NCBI RefSeq assembly: GCF_031769215.1
Contig: NW_026781998.1
Location: 496,001 to 560,000, forward strand
From: Ylistrum balloti
Lineage: Eukaryota
Length of the DNA stretch: 64,000 nucleotides
Direction of reading: 5' to 3'
Every line of letters begins with the position of its first letter. Position 1 is the stretch's first letter. Positions 50,146-63,219 of this stretch are shown in pieces. The notes under the pieces were generated by a model. The model did no database searches. It was given only the letters and a program-made list of their open reading frames with translations, and was not told the origin of the DNA. The translations under genes and the position numbers were made by a program.

Positions 50146-50317
50146 TGTATTTTATCCTTTTCCACACAGATGTAACACATTGGCAAAGGCTATGCATGTT
50201 AGTTCACTTCAAATTTCCACCTGCATTTTAAAATCCTATGTTTACATACAGACATTTTGTTCTACGATACATCAGTGATGCTGCTGTCAAAAACTGTGGC
50301 AACGTAGTAGATGAATG

Positions 50318-53300
50318 TTACCTATCCACTTCGTGCCTCGTGGCACATAAGGCCTTCACAGACGCTTCCATCTCTGCTGGTCTGTTGCCACTGTCTGCAC
50401 CTCGTTCCAGGATTTCCAGCCTGCTTCTTCTCTCTCTCTTTCCACTGTTCTTCTCCACGTCATCTTCGGTCTTCCTCTTTTCCATTTCCCTTCTGGGGCC
50501 CAGGTTAAGGCAACATTGCAGTCGTTGTTTCTGTCCTGTCTCAATATGTGTCCAATCATTTTCCATCTGCGCCATTTTATCTCCTGGCTAATTGGCCTCA
50601 TTCTCGCTCTTTCCAATATTTCTTCCGTCTTTGTGTGTTCTTGCCATTGTGTTTTGAGAATTCTCCTGAGGCACTTGTTGTGGAAAACATCTACCATCCG
50701 ATCATCACCCTTATTCATTTTCCACGTTTCACATCCATATAGTAGGACAGGTATTACTAATGCCTTGTACAGTTTCAATTTTGTTTTCCTTGAGATGTTG
50801 CTTAAGTTCCATACATGCTTGAGCCGGCTAAATGCTCCCCTGGCTTTTGAAAGTCTGTTCTTAATGTCTTTTATTCCACCACCTTCTTTGCACACTGTTG
50901 CTCCTAGGTATGTGAACTGCTCTACATCCTTGATGTCCATACCTCTTAGTTTGATGGTACTTTCGTTCGTGCATTGATTTTCATCACTTTAGTTTTATCT
51001 TTGTTGATCTTAAGTCCGACTCTGCTTGCTTCTTCATCAAGTCTTGTGGTTTTGTCTTGTATCTGTTGTCTAGTTCAGGAGAATAAGGAGATATCATCTG
51101 TGAAATCTAAATCCTCCATTTTTGTTGTCAAGCTCCATCTAATGCCGTTCTCGCCGTTTCCAACTGCTTTCCTTATCACCCAGTCCATAATTACCAAGAA
51201 GATAAATCCGGACATATTGCACTGTTGTTTTACTCCTGTCTTGATGTTAAACCATTCTCCTGTCTCTCCTTGGTTTTCCACTGCACACTGGAAATCTTCA
51301 TAAAATAACCGTACTATGCTTACGATCTTGTCTGATACCCTATATTTCCTCATGATGGTCCACCGGCTTTCACGATGGATGGAGTCAAAAGCTTTTTCAA
51401 AATCTATAAAGTTCAAATATAATGTAGCCTGCCACTCGTTCACTTGCTCTATGATGTTCCTAAGTATAAAGACCTGCTGCGTCGTGCTCCTTCCCTTTCT
51501 ATATCCTGCCTGTTCTTTCCTTAGCCTGATATCGATTCCTTCTCTTATGCGATCGATTATGATCCTTCCAAGCAATTTTCCTACTACTGACAGCAAAGTG
51601 ATTCCTCTTGAGTTCTTGCATTCCTTTAGGTTTCCCTTTATTGGTAACTTCATGATGAGCCCTTTCTTCCAGCTATCTGGAATTTGTTCTTCTCTCCATA
51701 TTGCTTCCATTAGCTCATGGATTTTTGTACTTGAAAAGTTTGTATCTGCCTTTATCAACTCTGCCGTGATTGAATCTATTCCTGGTGACTCTCCATTCCT
51801 CAACTTCTTGATAGCCCTCTGCACTTCTTCTATTGATGGCATGTCGACTGAAATTTCTTCAAATATATCATCTAATTCTACTTCATCATCTTCTGTAATG
51901 GGATCCTGTGGTTTCCAGTGTTCTGTCCATCTTGATAACGCCTCTGCTTTGCCACTAATGAGGTTGCCGTTCTTGTCCAATACCGCTGTACTATCCTAGG
52001 TCTTTCATTGCAGAGTGTCTTTGTAAGACTATACAAATGTTTCATGTGCTGACTCCTTGCTGCCTCTTCAGCGTCACTCACGATGGTGTCTATCCATTTC
52101 TTCTTGTTTGTTATCAGACTTCTTTTGACTTCTCTGTCTTTAACCTTGTGCTGCTCTTTTAACTGTCCTTTAACCCTCTCTGAGTGTGTACACAATTTTT
52201 TCTTGTTTATTTCTCCTCTTTCATCTGCTAGTTTCCATGAGGTTTCACTGATCCATGGTTTCTTCTTCTTCCTAGGTCTACTCAATAGCTCTTTTGCTGT
52301 CTCTGTGTATGTCTTCTGGATTACACTGAACTTTCTCTATACCTCGTCCTCTTTCTATCAAAGTCCTCGTTATCCAATACATGAAACCTATTTCTTACTG
52401 CAATGTTAAACCTTCTCACTGTATCCGCATCCTTCAACTTCTCTATGTCGTACTTTACCCTCTCACACCTTTTCTCTTTACACTGCTTCCTTAGCCTCAA
52501 TTTGACTGTTGTGCACACAAGCAGATGATCCCTCCCGATGTCTGCCGATCTGAATACTCTAGTATCCTTAACTGAATTCCTAAAACGCCTGTTGACTGAC
52601 ACATGATCTATCTGATTCCTGGTGGTTCCATTTGGTGAGATCCATGTTTCTTTGTGGATGTTTTTATGTGGGAATAAGGTTCCTGTAATAACTAATTCGT
52701 TGAGGTCGCACATTTCACACAGCCTTTCACCATTGTCGTTCCTCACCCCGAGCCCATGTCTCCCTATGATTCTTTCGTAGTGCTTGTTGTCGCTTCCCAC
52801 TTTGGCATTCATATCAACATGTCATGCCGGTTTCTTCTTTCCAGTACCTCTTGTAGTCTTGCATAAAACTCATCTTTCACTTGATCTTCTGCATCTTCTG
52901 TAGGTGTGTATATGTGCACAAGCGTCAGCTTGATTTGCTTTGAGAAAAACCTTGCTAGGATGATCCTTTCGTTTACTGGTGTCCAATCTATCAGCGCACT
53001 TGATGCTTTCTTTGACATAAGTATGGCAACACATTCTCTGTGGATGTTATCGTCCCTTCCGGAGTAGATGATTGTCTCTCCTTCTGCTATCTGGATTTTC
53101 CCTCGTCCGGTCCAATGAGTTTCACTAATGATATCTGTATCTCTTCTTGTCATTTCTCTGGCAACCTGTGCTACATTGCCACTTTGGTAAAGTGTACGTA
53201 CGTTCCAGTTGCAGATCTTCATTGTAGATTTTGGGTGTACTAATGGCCTGGTGGTGCTAGAGGGTTTCCTCTTGGCTTTCGCCCTCTTGCATCATGGAGT

Positions 53301-53517
53301 CTCCTCTGATCGGAGGCAAGGCCGTAGCATTCCCTGGATTTTATGGATTTGTTCTGCTTTCGGTTTCTGTAATAAGTTTATTTTTTAAGGAGAGGGTTAT
53401 TAGCCCTCTGCCCAACCCCCTACCCCTCGACCTGTCCGACATGGGTGGCCCTACCAGGAGCATTATGTACTCCCGCCGGCAAAGCTCTTAGGGTCAAAGG
53501 TGCGCACAAACTGCCCC
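50318..53517 (-). mobile_element. Near full-length RTE-clade LINE with a single EN-RT ORF broken by frameshifts
   Basis: Fragments: MKICNWNVRTLYQSG, ISETHW, IYTPTE, MNAKVG, NQIDHV, SRGITLLS, EQAGYRKGRS, FIDFEKAFDSIHR, TGVKQ, DLDFTDDI, FTYLG, LLYGCETW, GHILRQ and W.PEGKWKRGRPKMTWRR. There is no ORF1, and the 3' end is ...ggataggtaa. Confidence 0.92.
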
Positions 53518-54097
53518 AGTTAGTTCACACATGTCCAGGTAAACCACAGGGGTTCTCAGTTGGTATTTTACAGGCGCGTCCTTCGAAATAACTGACCATA
53601 TGCACACATATAATAAAAGGTGAATTTTTATTCATAAGCTATCGTTGAAATGAATTGTAACATTCTGATTTTAATAATCATCATTGAAGGTGGTTATTTT
53701 TTGTTTGTGGTTTTGAACATGGATATTGATGCTATCACGGATTCAAATACGAAATGAGTCCGACATGTTATGTACCGCTGAAAGACAGAAAGGTCGTAAT
53801 AGTGGACGTAAAACCCGTTAATAAATAATAAAAAAAAAATAAGGACGGTGGGTGTGTCTCTGCCCCAGAAGGAAGCCTCAAACGTTACTACCTTCTTCAG
53901 TAAAAAACAAAAGAGTTAGATACAGTAAAGCCAAGTAATGAATTAAATCCTACTAGAGGTGACTATTGCAAATCGAAAGACACTGGACGATTGTCTCTTG
54001 AGTTAAACTTCCAGTGTAAATTCTATAAGCATAATAAAAAGTTTAAGAGACAGACAGTGTTTAATTTTCTTTTTAGACAGAAACATTGACATTTCAA

Positions 54098-54133
54098 TTC
54101 TTCTTCTTCTTCTTCATCATCATCATCATCATC
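54098..54133. repeat. (TTC)6(ATC)6 compound microsatellite
   Basis: Read directly from the sequence. Confidence 0.9.
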
Positions 54134-55399
54134 TATATAAGGGAGATCACACGATATTTTCTACATTGTTTCGAAAGGAAACATTTAAATATGAAACAAT
54201 TAAATCTCTTACATCGTCTCCATTCACTAAAACGTCAGAGTTTGCTATCTGATCAGTTGTAACTTTGTTTGTGATAATGCGGGAGAGGGCTTTACATAAT
54301 TCAATTACTAACTAGAATTTCCCCAGATGCTACACTCACCTGAGATTGTAAATGATGTTGAGAACTACAATAATGTCAAGCTTCATCAAAACGTCTATTA
54401 TGTTTTTATTTAAACAGACCCATATCACTCCACTACTCGGCAAATTAGCGGATTTTAGCCATGTAGACATCCGTTCAGCATCAAATGTCGTAATATGTTA
54501 TTTATTTCTCCGTATTGGCGACAAATATTTTCCTTAACATACAGTTGTGGGATCGCACAACGTTATACGAAATAAACTATCGCACATGTTCTACCGCACA
54601 TATGTGCGATTCTATGATAGCCGATATACATTTTTTAATGACATAGACACATGTGGGATAGACTTTATTTATTTTCTAAATACATAAGAGTACAGCTAAG
54701 TTTATCATTTCCATAGTGTCGCACGTGATCAAATACATTATATATGTAAACAGTCTGTCCCCGCAATGAACCATCTAAAATCTCATACAGTCAGAAAGGA
54801 AATCTTTCATTTCTTCTGTATTACTCTCATTTTTCTATCATTTTGTAAATAAAAATATGAACGCATAATTGACTTATTGATTGCTATTTATAAATGTAAG
54901 TCATAAATCTTATTGAGCAATAAAATGTACGAGTTCAATGAATTCGAGATTTGCTCTGTACTATGTATTGATACTGAATAGAATCATGGCCACAGTAGAG
55001 AAAAATGTCTTTTAAAAAATGCTATGGTCAATCAATTTCTAATCATTGTCATTCTTTCCTTTAGTGCACTGGGTTACTTTAAAATAAAGTTAACTGTAGG
55101 TGTTGTAGATCCCTTCTGATCCGATTCCTTGATCAAGAGTTTTCAGTTGTTAATTTTCAAATTTAAAATGATACAGTAATAATCAATTGTTCTGTTCAAA
55201 TGTATTTTCAAACTCTAAGTCTCCTTAATTGTAGTTTTATTTATTTTAACCAAATCCAGAGGTGTCTTTATCATAAGCCCCTGACCAAATCATGATTTCT
55301 TCGTATATTGACTAAACTAATATGTGTAATCATTCAGGACATAGAGTCAGACAATGAGAAATTCTACCTCTGCATCTACGTGTCTACCACTTGATAAAC

Positions 55400-55812
55400 G
55401 CTAAGTGGGCGTAACCCATGATATCCCATAGAAATAGCTGCGTATTCACTTTCAGATATATTGATGACGTCTTGTCTTTAAATAACAAGAAATTTATTGA
55501 CACAACCTTCATATATACCCACCAAATTTGGAAATCAAGGACACGACAGATTCTTCTACGCCAGCAGTTTATTGCGATCAGTTCCTACAATGAAACCAAC
55601 ATGGACAGCTTTCCACCTAGCTCTATGATTCAATTTCCCCAATGCGAATTTTCTATTTCTGGATATCACTATACCTGCGTCCCCAACGTCACAGTTGATT
55701 CGATCGATATTCGAGGATCTGCTCCCATTATCAAGATTTTCGTACAAGATGTCGTCAAGCGACGGACAAACTCATAACGCTAAGTTTCAAAAGATGCAGG
55801 TTGATGACCATT
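55400..55812 (+). mobile_element. Decayed Penelope-like retroelement RT fragment
   Basis: Across frameshifts: FRYIDDVLSLNN, IYPPNLEIKDTTDS, GQLST*LYD, FNFP, SQLIR and CSHYQDF. This resembles the PLE RT palm/thumb consensus RYIDD...IYPxELxIKxTT...LYDKRDDFNF...SQLIRY. Confidence 0.7.
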
Positions 55813-55814
55813 TT

Positions 55815-55990
55815 TTGCTATCGCTATTTCTCAAGAAAAAATACTGGACGGGTCTTCCTCAAATCTTATATGTAGATTCCTCTAGGACCCTAATCGTGTC
55901 CGTTTGATTTTGGGACTAGTCGGAAAAATGAAATGTTGAAAGGCCTCCTTGGATTTGGCAGTTATTATTATTATCGCTATTTCTTGCGAG
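55815..55990. repeat. Dispersed HINE-like repeat, reverse orientation to 4225-4600
   Basis: tcgctatttctcaagaa...tgtagattcctctaggaccctaatcgtgtccgtttgattttgggact is the reverse complement of the family unit. Confidence 0.5.
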
Positions 55991-57641
55991 GAATTTTTCA
56001 ATGTCTTACAATTAAAAGCAAACACAGAGGAAATGAGATAAAGGAAGGGACACTATCTTATTTTTCAATAATCAGAATTAAAAAAAAACAAACAATGTTG
56101 GGCGTCAAGGGCTCTCTAGGATTTCTGCTTTTTTTTCTTTGCGAAAATGAAACGATACATTCTTTGAATTTCATTTTAACCATTTTAAAGTCTTCATAAA
56201 TAATACGTAACCTGGTTTCAATTTTTACCAGTTGAGAATATTTTATAAAAGCAAGCACGCAGTTGGAGGCCATGACATTTCGGTGTAGGGTTCTGTATTG
56301 TTTCAACATCAAATGAGAACAAAAACAAAACTATGTGCCATACATGTATATGAGCATATTACATATATACGTTGTCGTGCTTCGTAATGTATATACATAC
56401 GTCACATTCATGTATATATAAACATACAGTTGTACGATGGATATACAATACACGTGTTGTACTTATACATTAAAGAACTGTGATAACAAATACGGGTCAA
56501 GATTTTTCAGTGAAAATAGTTATACATCTTTTTATTGTCTTCAAACATTTAATTAGTTTACAACGCGTAAATAAATAAATCTATATGAAATCCCCTTCTT
56601 GAAAAGTACGCCTCGTCGACTGTCTAGTCATGTCTACAAAACAGTGAAATACCAGGTTTAGTCCTCGAAATAAATCACTTTCAATTAGACCAGGCTATAG
56701 AGAACTGTCTCGACTATTTCTCGAGAAGAGCGTGGTTTTTTTTAAAGCCTTCCTTTTGTTCCGGATTTTGAGTTCTAGTGAACTACTAATTTTAGATCAC
56801 ATAAACGCGACATCTTGAAAGCGTTTGTAATCAAAGTAATTGTTGCTGGGTTTTCTTCTGGAACAAACTGGAACATTATGACAGGAAAATGTTTAAAGGG
56901 AAGAAAGTATCATCTCCGAAACAAAACGTTAATTCAATTATTTGAAAATTGCTAAGATCATGGCTACCAGCAGACTCACGGAAATGTCACAAACGGTATG
57001 TCATTCGATAAACAAATGATACAAATCTAGCAGATCGACGGATTCTTATTTACGTTTCAACACCTTCGCTATACTGATTTCACTGATCTGCCATTTGTTA
57101 CCAGAAATGGCGTATCAAGCTGAAGCATGCACTGTATTTTTCGCTCATAGATATTCTTTCCTCATTTTGTTTTACTATGTTACTATAAGTTAGCTAAATA
57201 AAGCCATATTAATATACACTGGACTAACTAACGGTCCTCGGTTTCTTCCTGTAAATGCCTTTCACCTGTACAATACAGTATCTGTGTATTTGAGTCTGTA
57301 CTGACTGTTAAGACTAGTATTTGATTGTAAATTATTATTCAATTAAGTAATTACTGTATTTTGTTAGTACGGATTCACAACATCAAATTTAAATTATTGA
57401 ATAATTTCTAGTGTTGTTTTAGTTTTAGAATACATGCCGAAAACTTCAAAGGGGGATTTGCCCTGGCCTCCACCATGACTAGCTCTTACATCTCCTGCCT
57501 ACGTAATTTCATAAGCAATTTTCTTTACCACTGACCAGTCACCACTAAATATGAGGAGATTGGAATACTTTTTTTTATTTTCAAGGCGAAGACTGTGAAA
57601 GACAGAGTAAAACTTTCATTACCTTTTTGTATACATTTCAG

Positions 57642-60600
57642 GTGTCACACCATGCAGTGCAGAAAGAGAAAGATTCTAAGGAAGTGAAATCTATGGCCAT
57701 TTTGAAAAATGCTACTGTCCATTTTTCTCCCAATTTCTCCCTGCTACAGAGAAACACAAATCTGAATGTACCACCATCAAATTGGTTAAGACAAACCTCT
57801 GTAGTGGAGCAGAATATCCATGACTTCACTCAGCATCAAAGTAGCAAATCGTACCTCAGTAGTATAGAGATGGCTGGCAACTCCTTAGATTTGACTGGGG
57901 AGGTGGATGTGATTACAAATGCACAGGTACTTATATAAAAATATGTAAAATTGAATAAAATATCTTGCGACACAACCAGTAAAAGATTTAAATGAGATGT
58001 TTTGGTGACTTCACGGTCACCTTCATCAGACAAATACCTGGTTGTCTTAAAAGATCTTTTATCTAGTAACATTACGAATCTGAAGAAAAATGCTCTGATA
58101 TGTTTGTAAAATGTATAAATGTAGGAGATGTGAAATGGGTTGATCTTTAGCAGAAACTATTTCTGATTTCTGTCATGTGGGAGAAGCTCTGTTGGAATCC
58201 TGGTCATACTGGTTGGAAACTAGTTAGTTGGCACATATACACTGTAATAACATATGGTCTAAACAGAGATGTGGCTTTGTTGAAGATTGCTGTTTATTTC
58301 CTTTATGCCTTTATCATAACATGTACATTCATGCATATTAGCCAAGTCCAAAAATCTATAATTATTTTAAATCACTTTCAAAAATGAGTTTACATTTATG
58401 AATTTGTTATACATTTATTGTAGTTTGTTTTCATAGAGAAAACAAAGATAACAAATATTTTTTACATTTTAGAACATTAAGAAACTGCTAAAGATTCCCT
58501 TTAGTCGCTCACACATTAGTATGATGGTGCACAGGATTGGGAAGTCACTGCTGCTTGATGAGTTTGATATACACAAACACTTGCTTCGTCAACAACAGGT
58601 AATTATAGATATAATCTTAACCTGATGTAATGAAATCATTCATAATCAAATAAAGTCTGCACTTCCCCAACCCCAAATGGAAGTTCCCAACAAAAATCCA
58701 TGTTTAATACAATAAATACAGTATAAAGTGCATTGTAAAGTATGCTGATTGTGACCAGAAATCATCATTTTTATGGTTCAGTGGTGTATGTTTTTTATAC
58801 CAAACAGGAAACATCACAGTTAGGATTCATTAGTGAATTTGGTGTTTGTTAAACGTTTGTTTAAACAATTTCTTGTATAGTGCAGGATATGTGATAAATT
58901 GATATGGCCCTGCTTCAAAGTAAACTTGTTTTACCCTAATATAGGATATTTTAAGAATTGTGGTTAAAACAATGAACCAAAGAAGCTTATATTTATATTG
59001 TTTATTTACACAGGATGACTGGAAATGGCTACGAGAGTTCTACTATGATTGTGTTGCCAGAGATATGCAAGTGAGCAAAATGTCTTGATGCCTGTTGGTA
59101 ATTGTAAAGGCTAATACTTGTAGCAGGAAGTCATTTCCATGTGGCTTTCTGTGTGTTTTCCATTTTTTCCTGTGAATGAATTTGCTTATAAGCGATTAGA
59201 CCAACTTAAATGTATGCGAGATATAAATACAGGGTAGTTATTAAAACAATATTTTCTAAAGTGTTCTGAAATAATCAGTTCATTAGATACGAGTGTTCTT
59301 TCATCGTGACGACAGATTGCATGTGAATTGTTTCCTTATTAAATATAGTTATGTCATGGTTACATATTTGTAAGAGAATGAGTAGTGTTGGACAATTTAT
59401 TTCTATTACATTTTCAGATGAAATGTGTTCCGAGGAAAGATAAAAGTCGCCACAAACAACAGACAAGGAATATGTATTCCAAGTTTCTCTACCACAGGTA
59501 CAATAATATGTATTGTTTTCAAATGACATTACATCACATCAAATGCATTAGGTGAAGACAGATGAAGCAAAGTACAGTAAAGCATTGTTCTGTATCCAAC
59601 AGTAGACAATTAACAAATTATCATATCTTTACAAGAATACAACATGTCATATTGGAAAGGAATTAATGAAAATGTTAGCAGTATGCAGTGCTGAGATAGG
59701 CTGTCCTTAACCTAAATATAAGTCATTACCCAGTACCTGTATGTCATACCAATATCAGAGAATTATTGAGAGTTGATCAATATTTTTTGTGTTACTTAGG
59801 CCAAGCAAAAATTTATGTGTTCTGTGTTTCCTATAACATGTTTGAAAAAAAATAGGGTAGGTAGAGAGACAAAAGGATATATTTTAACAAATAATCATGT
59901 ACGGTTTTTATAGGAGAGAGATCTTGATTTTAGCAAGGTGAGGGGTATATAACATTTACTTTGTGTATTCCTATGTCTAAAGGTTGTGTTCAAGATATCT
60001 CATGGTCACCTGGATGGATTTAATCTGTCTTCACATCATAAAATCACATGTACATTATCAAGTTGTACACCTAATAAGAATTGGTTGGTTGGTTGACAGG
60101 TTTTCCGTCTCTGTGACTCCTCTCGTGTCTGGGTATTGTCTCACCATTGAACCTCAGTGTTATTGCTATGTGCTGATAAGAATAGTTGGTTGTTGGTCAA
60201 GGTTAAAAGTCAAAGGTCACACTTGACCTCATTTAAAATAAATGCACTAAGCATATTTAATTAAGATAAAAAGATAAAGGAATGGTGGTGTGGAGTGTGG
60301 GGGTATATCTAAATGAGCCTCTATTATAAACATATTATACTAACAAATTATTAAATATTGTATAACACAACATTATTTTAGCTATTATTTTCTGTTTTAG
60401 TATTGCTGATGCCAATCCAGGCGAGAACATTGAGAGAGAATTTCCTGTTACACAGGTCTTTGAGAAATTGGAAGAGAAAGAACTGAAGCTGATACATGAA
60501 AACCCATCTGAGGTATTTTTATTTTATATATCAAATTCACAAGGCAAACAATGATCTTGTTCATCTGTAAATTACAATTGTTTTATTGCTGTTAAATCAA

Positions 60601-63219
60601 AATTTTTATTGAAAAAAAACTATGTTAGCAAGATTTAGTATTCAAACGGGAAGGGGGATGCAAAACAATATCCTACCATCATTGAGATTTTTTTTACTAA
60701 CTTTTTCTATATCCTTTAAAACCTTCAGTTTTGAAGTTTGTTACTCTGAAATGTGTGACATTTGTGTTGCAGAATCCCAGTGCTGACTTTCACAAGGAAG
60801 TCTTGTGGATGTTTGAGGATATCAGAATGCTTATTGGAACAGACCTTCCTATATTTTGTGGTAACAACTACCCCTGCATAAGTCTGAAACTCAGGTATGA
60901 CATCTGAATCAGAATTACCTCATGTATTATTTAATCTAAGGCAAAGAAGGTACTGTGGTTATGGGTGTTCCTTATACCTCCAAACGAGGGTACAAAATTA
61001 CCCAACCTGTTGAAGTTCAAGACTTTTACACCCAGTTGTCAAACACTCTCCTGTATATATACATTATAAGGGGTGCATTGTTTCACAGGGCAATGGGTAA
61101 CACTGGGTAACTGGATGTATCTTTTTCACATATATAGGTCCCCCTTGGTCTCTAGTTGTGCATGTTGGAATTTGGGACTGACCAGAGAGACAAAATAACT
61201 ACAAGAGGTCATTTTGGATTATGACGATGGAAGTTTGTTATCGCTATTTCTTGAGAAGTATTGGATGGATCTTTCTCCCACTTCACATGTATGTTTCCCA
61301 TGTTATAACTGGTATCTCCAGAATGCTTGAGTTGCCTTCCATCTAAATTGGTTTTAAGAATCTGTACATGAAGACCACTAAATTTGATATAAGTGAAGGT
61401 TGGAAAGGCTAGTGGGGACCTGATATTGGGGAAATAGAGATAAATGTTTGAAATCCATCATGTTTCTGTTGTGTTAATGAAGGAAGTTGGTCTTGCATAG
61501 TCAGAGGCTTTGTTTATGACTCAATTTTGCATTTATAATGGATGGTCTAACACCACTGAGATGCTGAGGGACCTAAAGAGAAAATAAAGGAAATTAAGGG
61601 TAAATCTTAAAATTTTTTAGAATTCAAGGGCTCTGTATTCATGGTAGTTCTTGTCTCCTGGCCATAGCGATCAGTGGAATCAATTAAATCTTTAATGTCT
61701 TTTTACTTCTAATAAAGTAGATAGAATTTTATCAAATTCGTCTGAAGTTGTATGGATGAAGGGGACTCAATATGAATGGAGAGTTTCGCCTGAAGGCAGA
61801 GAAGTGAGGCCAGAGAGGGAATGTACAGATCAGATATAAAAGTTCAGTTTCAACTCAATATGCAGTGAATGAATTTTAGAACTAGGCAATAAAATACTAT
61901 ATGTCTAAAAAAATTATGCTTTTCCTAGCAATACTGAAAGTTAGATCCAAGATTGGGAAGTCTTTGTGATATGTTGTCAGAGAAACTCCGGTGAGCAATA
62001 TGCTTTAGGTAAATACAGATCATTTTACTTGGCTTTGAATATGTAAGTTTCTTATTGTTGAAAACGGTTTAGAAGATAGATCTAAATTTGTTTGTTTATT
62101 GCTTTGATCAGTTTGAAAACATTAAATTTGTGGCTATGTCACTGATATATCATTGTGAATTTGCTATGACCTACTTTGTTATTTTGCTGACCAGGGACAT
62201 GAGGACACCAATCAATGTGTTAACTGGTCTGGACTACTGGCTTGATAATCTGATGTGTAATGTTCCAGAGGTGGCCATGTGCTTCCATCTTAATGGAATT
62301 GTGCAGGTAAGAACCTTTCATTTCATGACTTTTTTAAAATGGAAAGTAGAGATCATGTCCCAGTTTCTCAAAGGCTGGTCAGAGTTTATCAATGATTTAG
62401 TGGAAAATTGTTGTCACTGAAAAATCATTTGCCTTCAAAGCAAAATTGACAGCTTAGAAATATTAATCTGACTTATATTAACAATCCTACAGCAGTGCAA
62501 TATGAAACAATCTTGTCATTTTTGTTTGATTTGTACCTAGAATTTTTCACTAACCATTGCTTAAATCTAATCAAGCTTTGAGCAAATGGAGCTTGAATAT
62601 ACTGAAAGTATACTTGGGAAAATGCTGACAAACACCTAAAGTCTCCTTGGTGCCCTCCTCCTCATCCATGAGGAGGAGTCAGCCAGCAGTTAGTGGATTG
62701 TATATTCTCATATGCACCTGTCTGTGATAATTTCTCCCTTCTTTGGTTAAAATCTAACAAGTGGTCTGTCATTTGTCTGTTGTCTGTCATTATCAAACAT
62801 CATCAGATGGTAGGCTATTTATGCTCTACATCTGTCTTACTTTAAGGATATTCCTCAAACTTCACATGCAGGTTCCCCTTGGTTCCTAGTTGTGCCCTTA
62901 TAATTTGAAAACTGATCAGCAATTTTACTTGGCTGACAGGTATCATTCCAACAAATTACAAAACCATGAAATATTCTCACATGTTTTGTGATAATCCATC
63001 ATAAAATGTTGAACCAAAAAAAAAATTCTCAAACAAGTACATTTCATAAACTAAGAATTCTTAAATTTCAGAGATATGAGCTTATCAAAACAGAGGATAT
63101 TCCAAATATGGAGGATTCTCGATTTAATCCTCAGGAGGTGACAGAAATTGCCCGAAACATTCTATCATTCCTGAAGGCCAATGCCACCAAAGAAGGCCAC
63201 ACCTACTGGCTTTACAAAG
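57642..63219 (+). CDS. EDRF1: Erythroid differentiation-related factor 1, 5' part (start not resolved; gene continues beyond the window)
   Basis: Phase-consistent GT-AG exons: 57642..57926, 58473..58598, 59014..59070, 59418..59497, 60401..60512, 60773..60894, 62195..62306, 63072..63219. Peptides EVKSMAILK, PPSNWLR, NIKKLLKIPFSRSHISMMVHRIGKSLLLDEFDI, DWKWLREFY, SKFLYHS, LWMFEDIRML, PINVLTGLDYWLDNLMCNVPE and NILSFLKANATKEGHTYWLYK match recalled human EDRF1. A possible start is the ATG at 57107, with a weak donor. Confidence 0.94.
61130..61450. repeat. Dispersed HINE-like repeat in an EDRF1 intron
   Basis: taggtccccttggtctctagttgtgc...atttgggactgacc and gttatcgctatttcttgagaagta are the reverse complement of the family unit. 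Confidence 0.5.
62560..62950. repeat. HINE-like fragments including a terminal-type hairpin
   Basis: Perfect 11-bp inverted repeat ctcctcctcat-cc-atgaggaggag at 62655-62678, and the family motif ggttccccttggttcctagttgtgccc at ~62871. Confidence 0.4.

Noticed and set aside
50238-53491. Plus-strand ORFs overlapping the RTE (e.g. 51316..51999), and similar ones over the CR1 at 17-19 kb
   Set aside because: They are antisense shadows of the retrotransposon reading frames.
53495-54386. Possible minus-strand secreted-protein gene (MKLDIIVVLNIIYNL|SYFEGRACKYQLRTP...) interrupted by the RTE
   Set aside because: The donor at 54340 is perfect, but the acceptor at 53591 is weak, there is no TSD linking the RTE flanks, and no homology is recognised.
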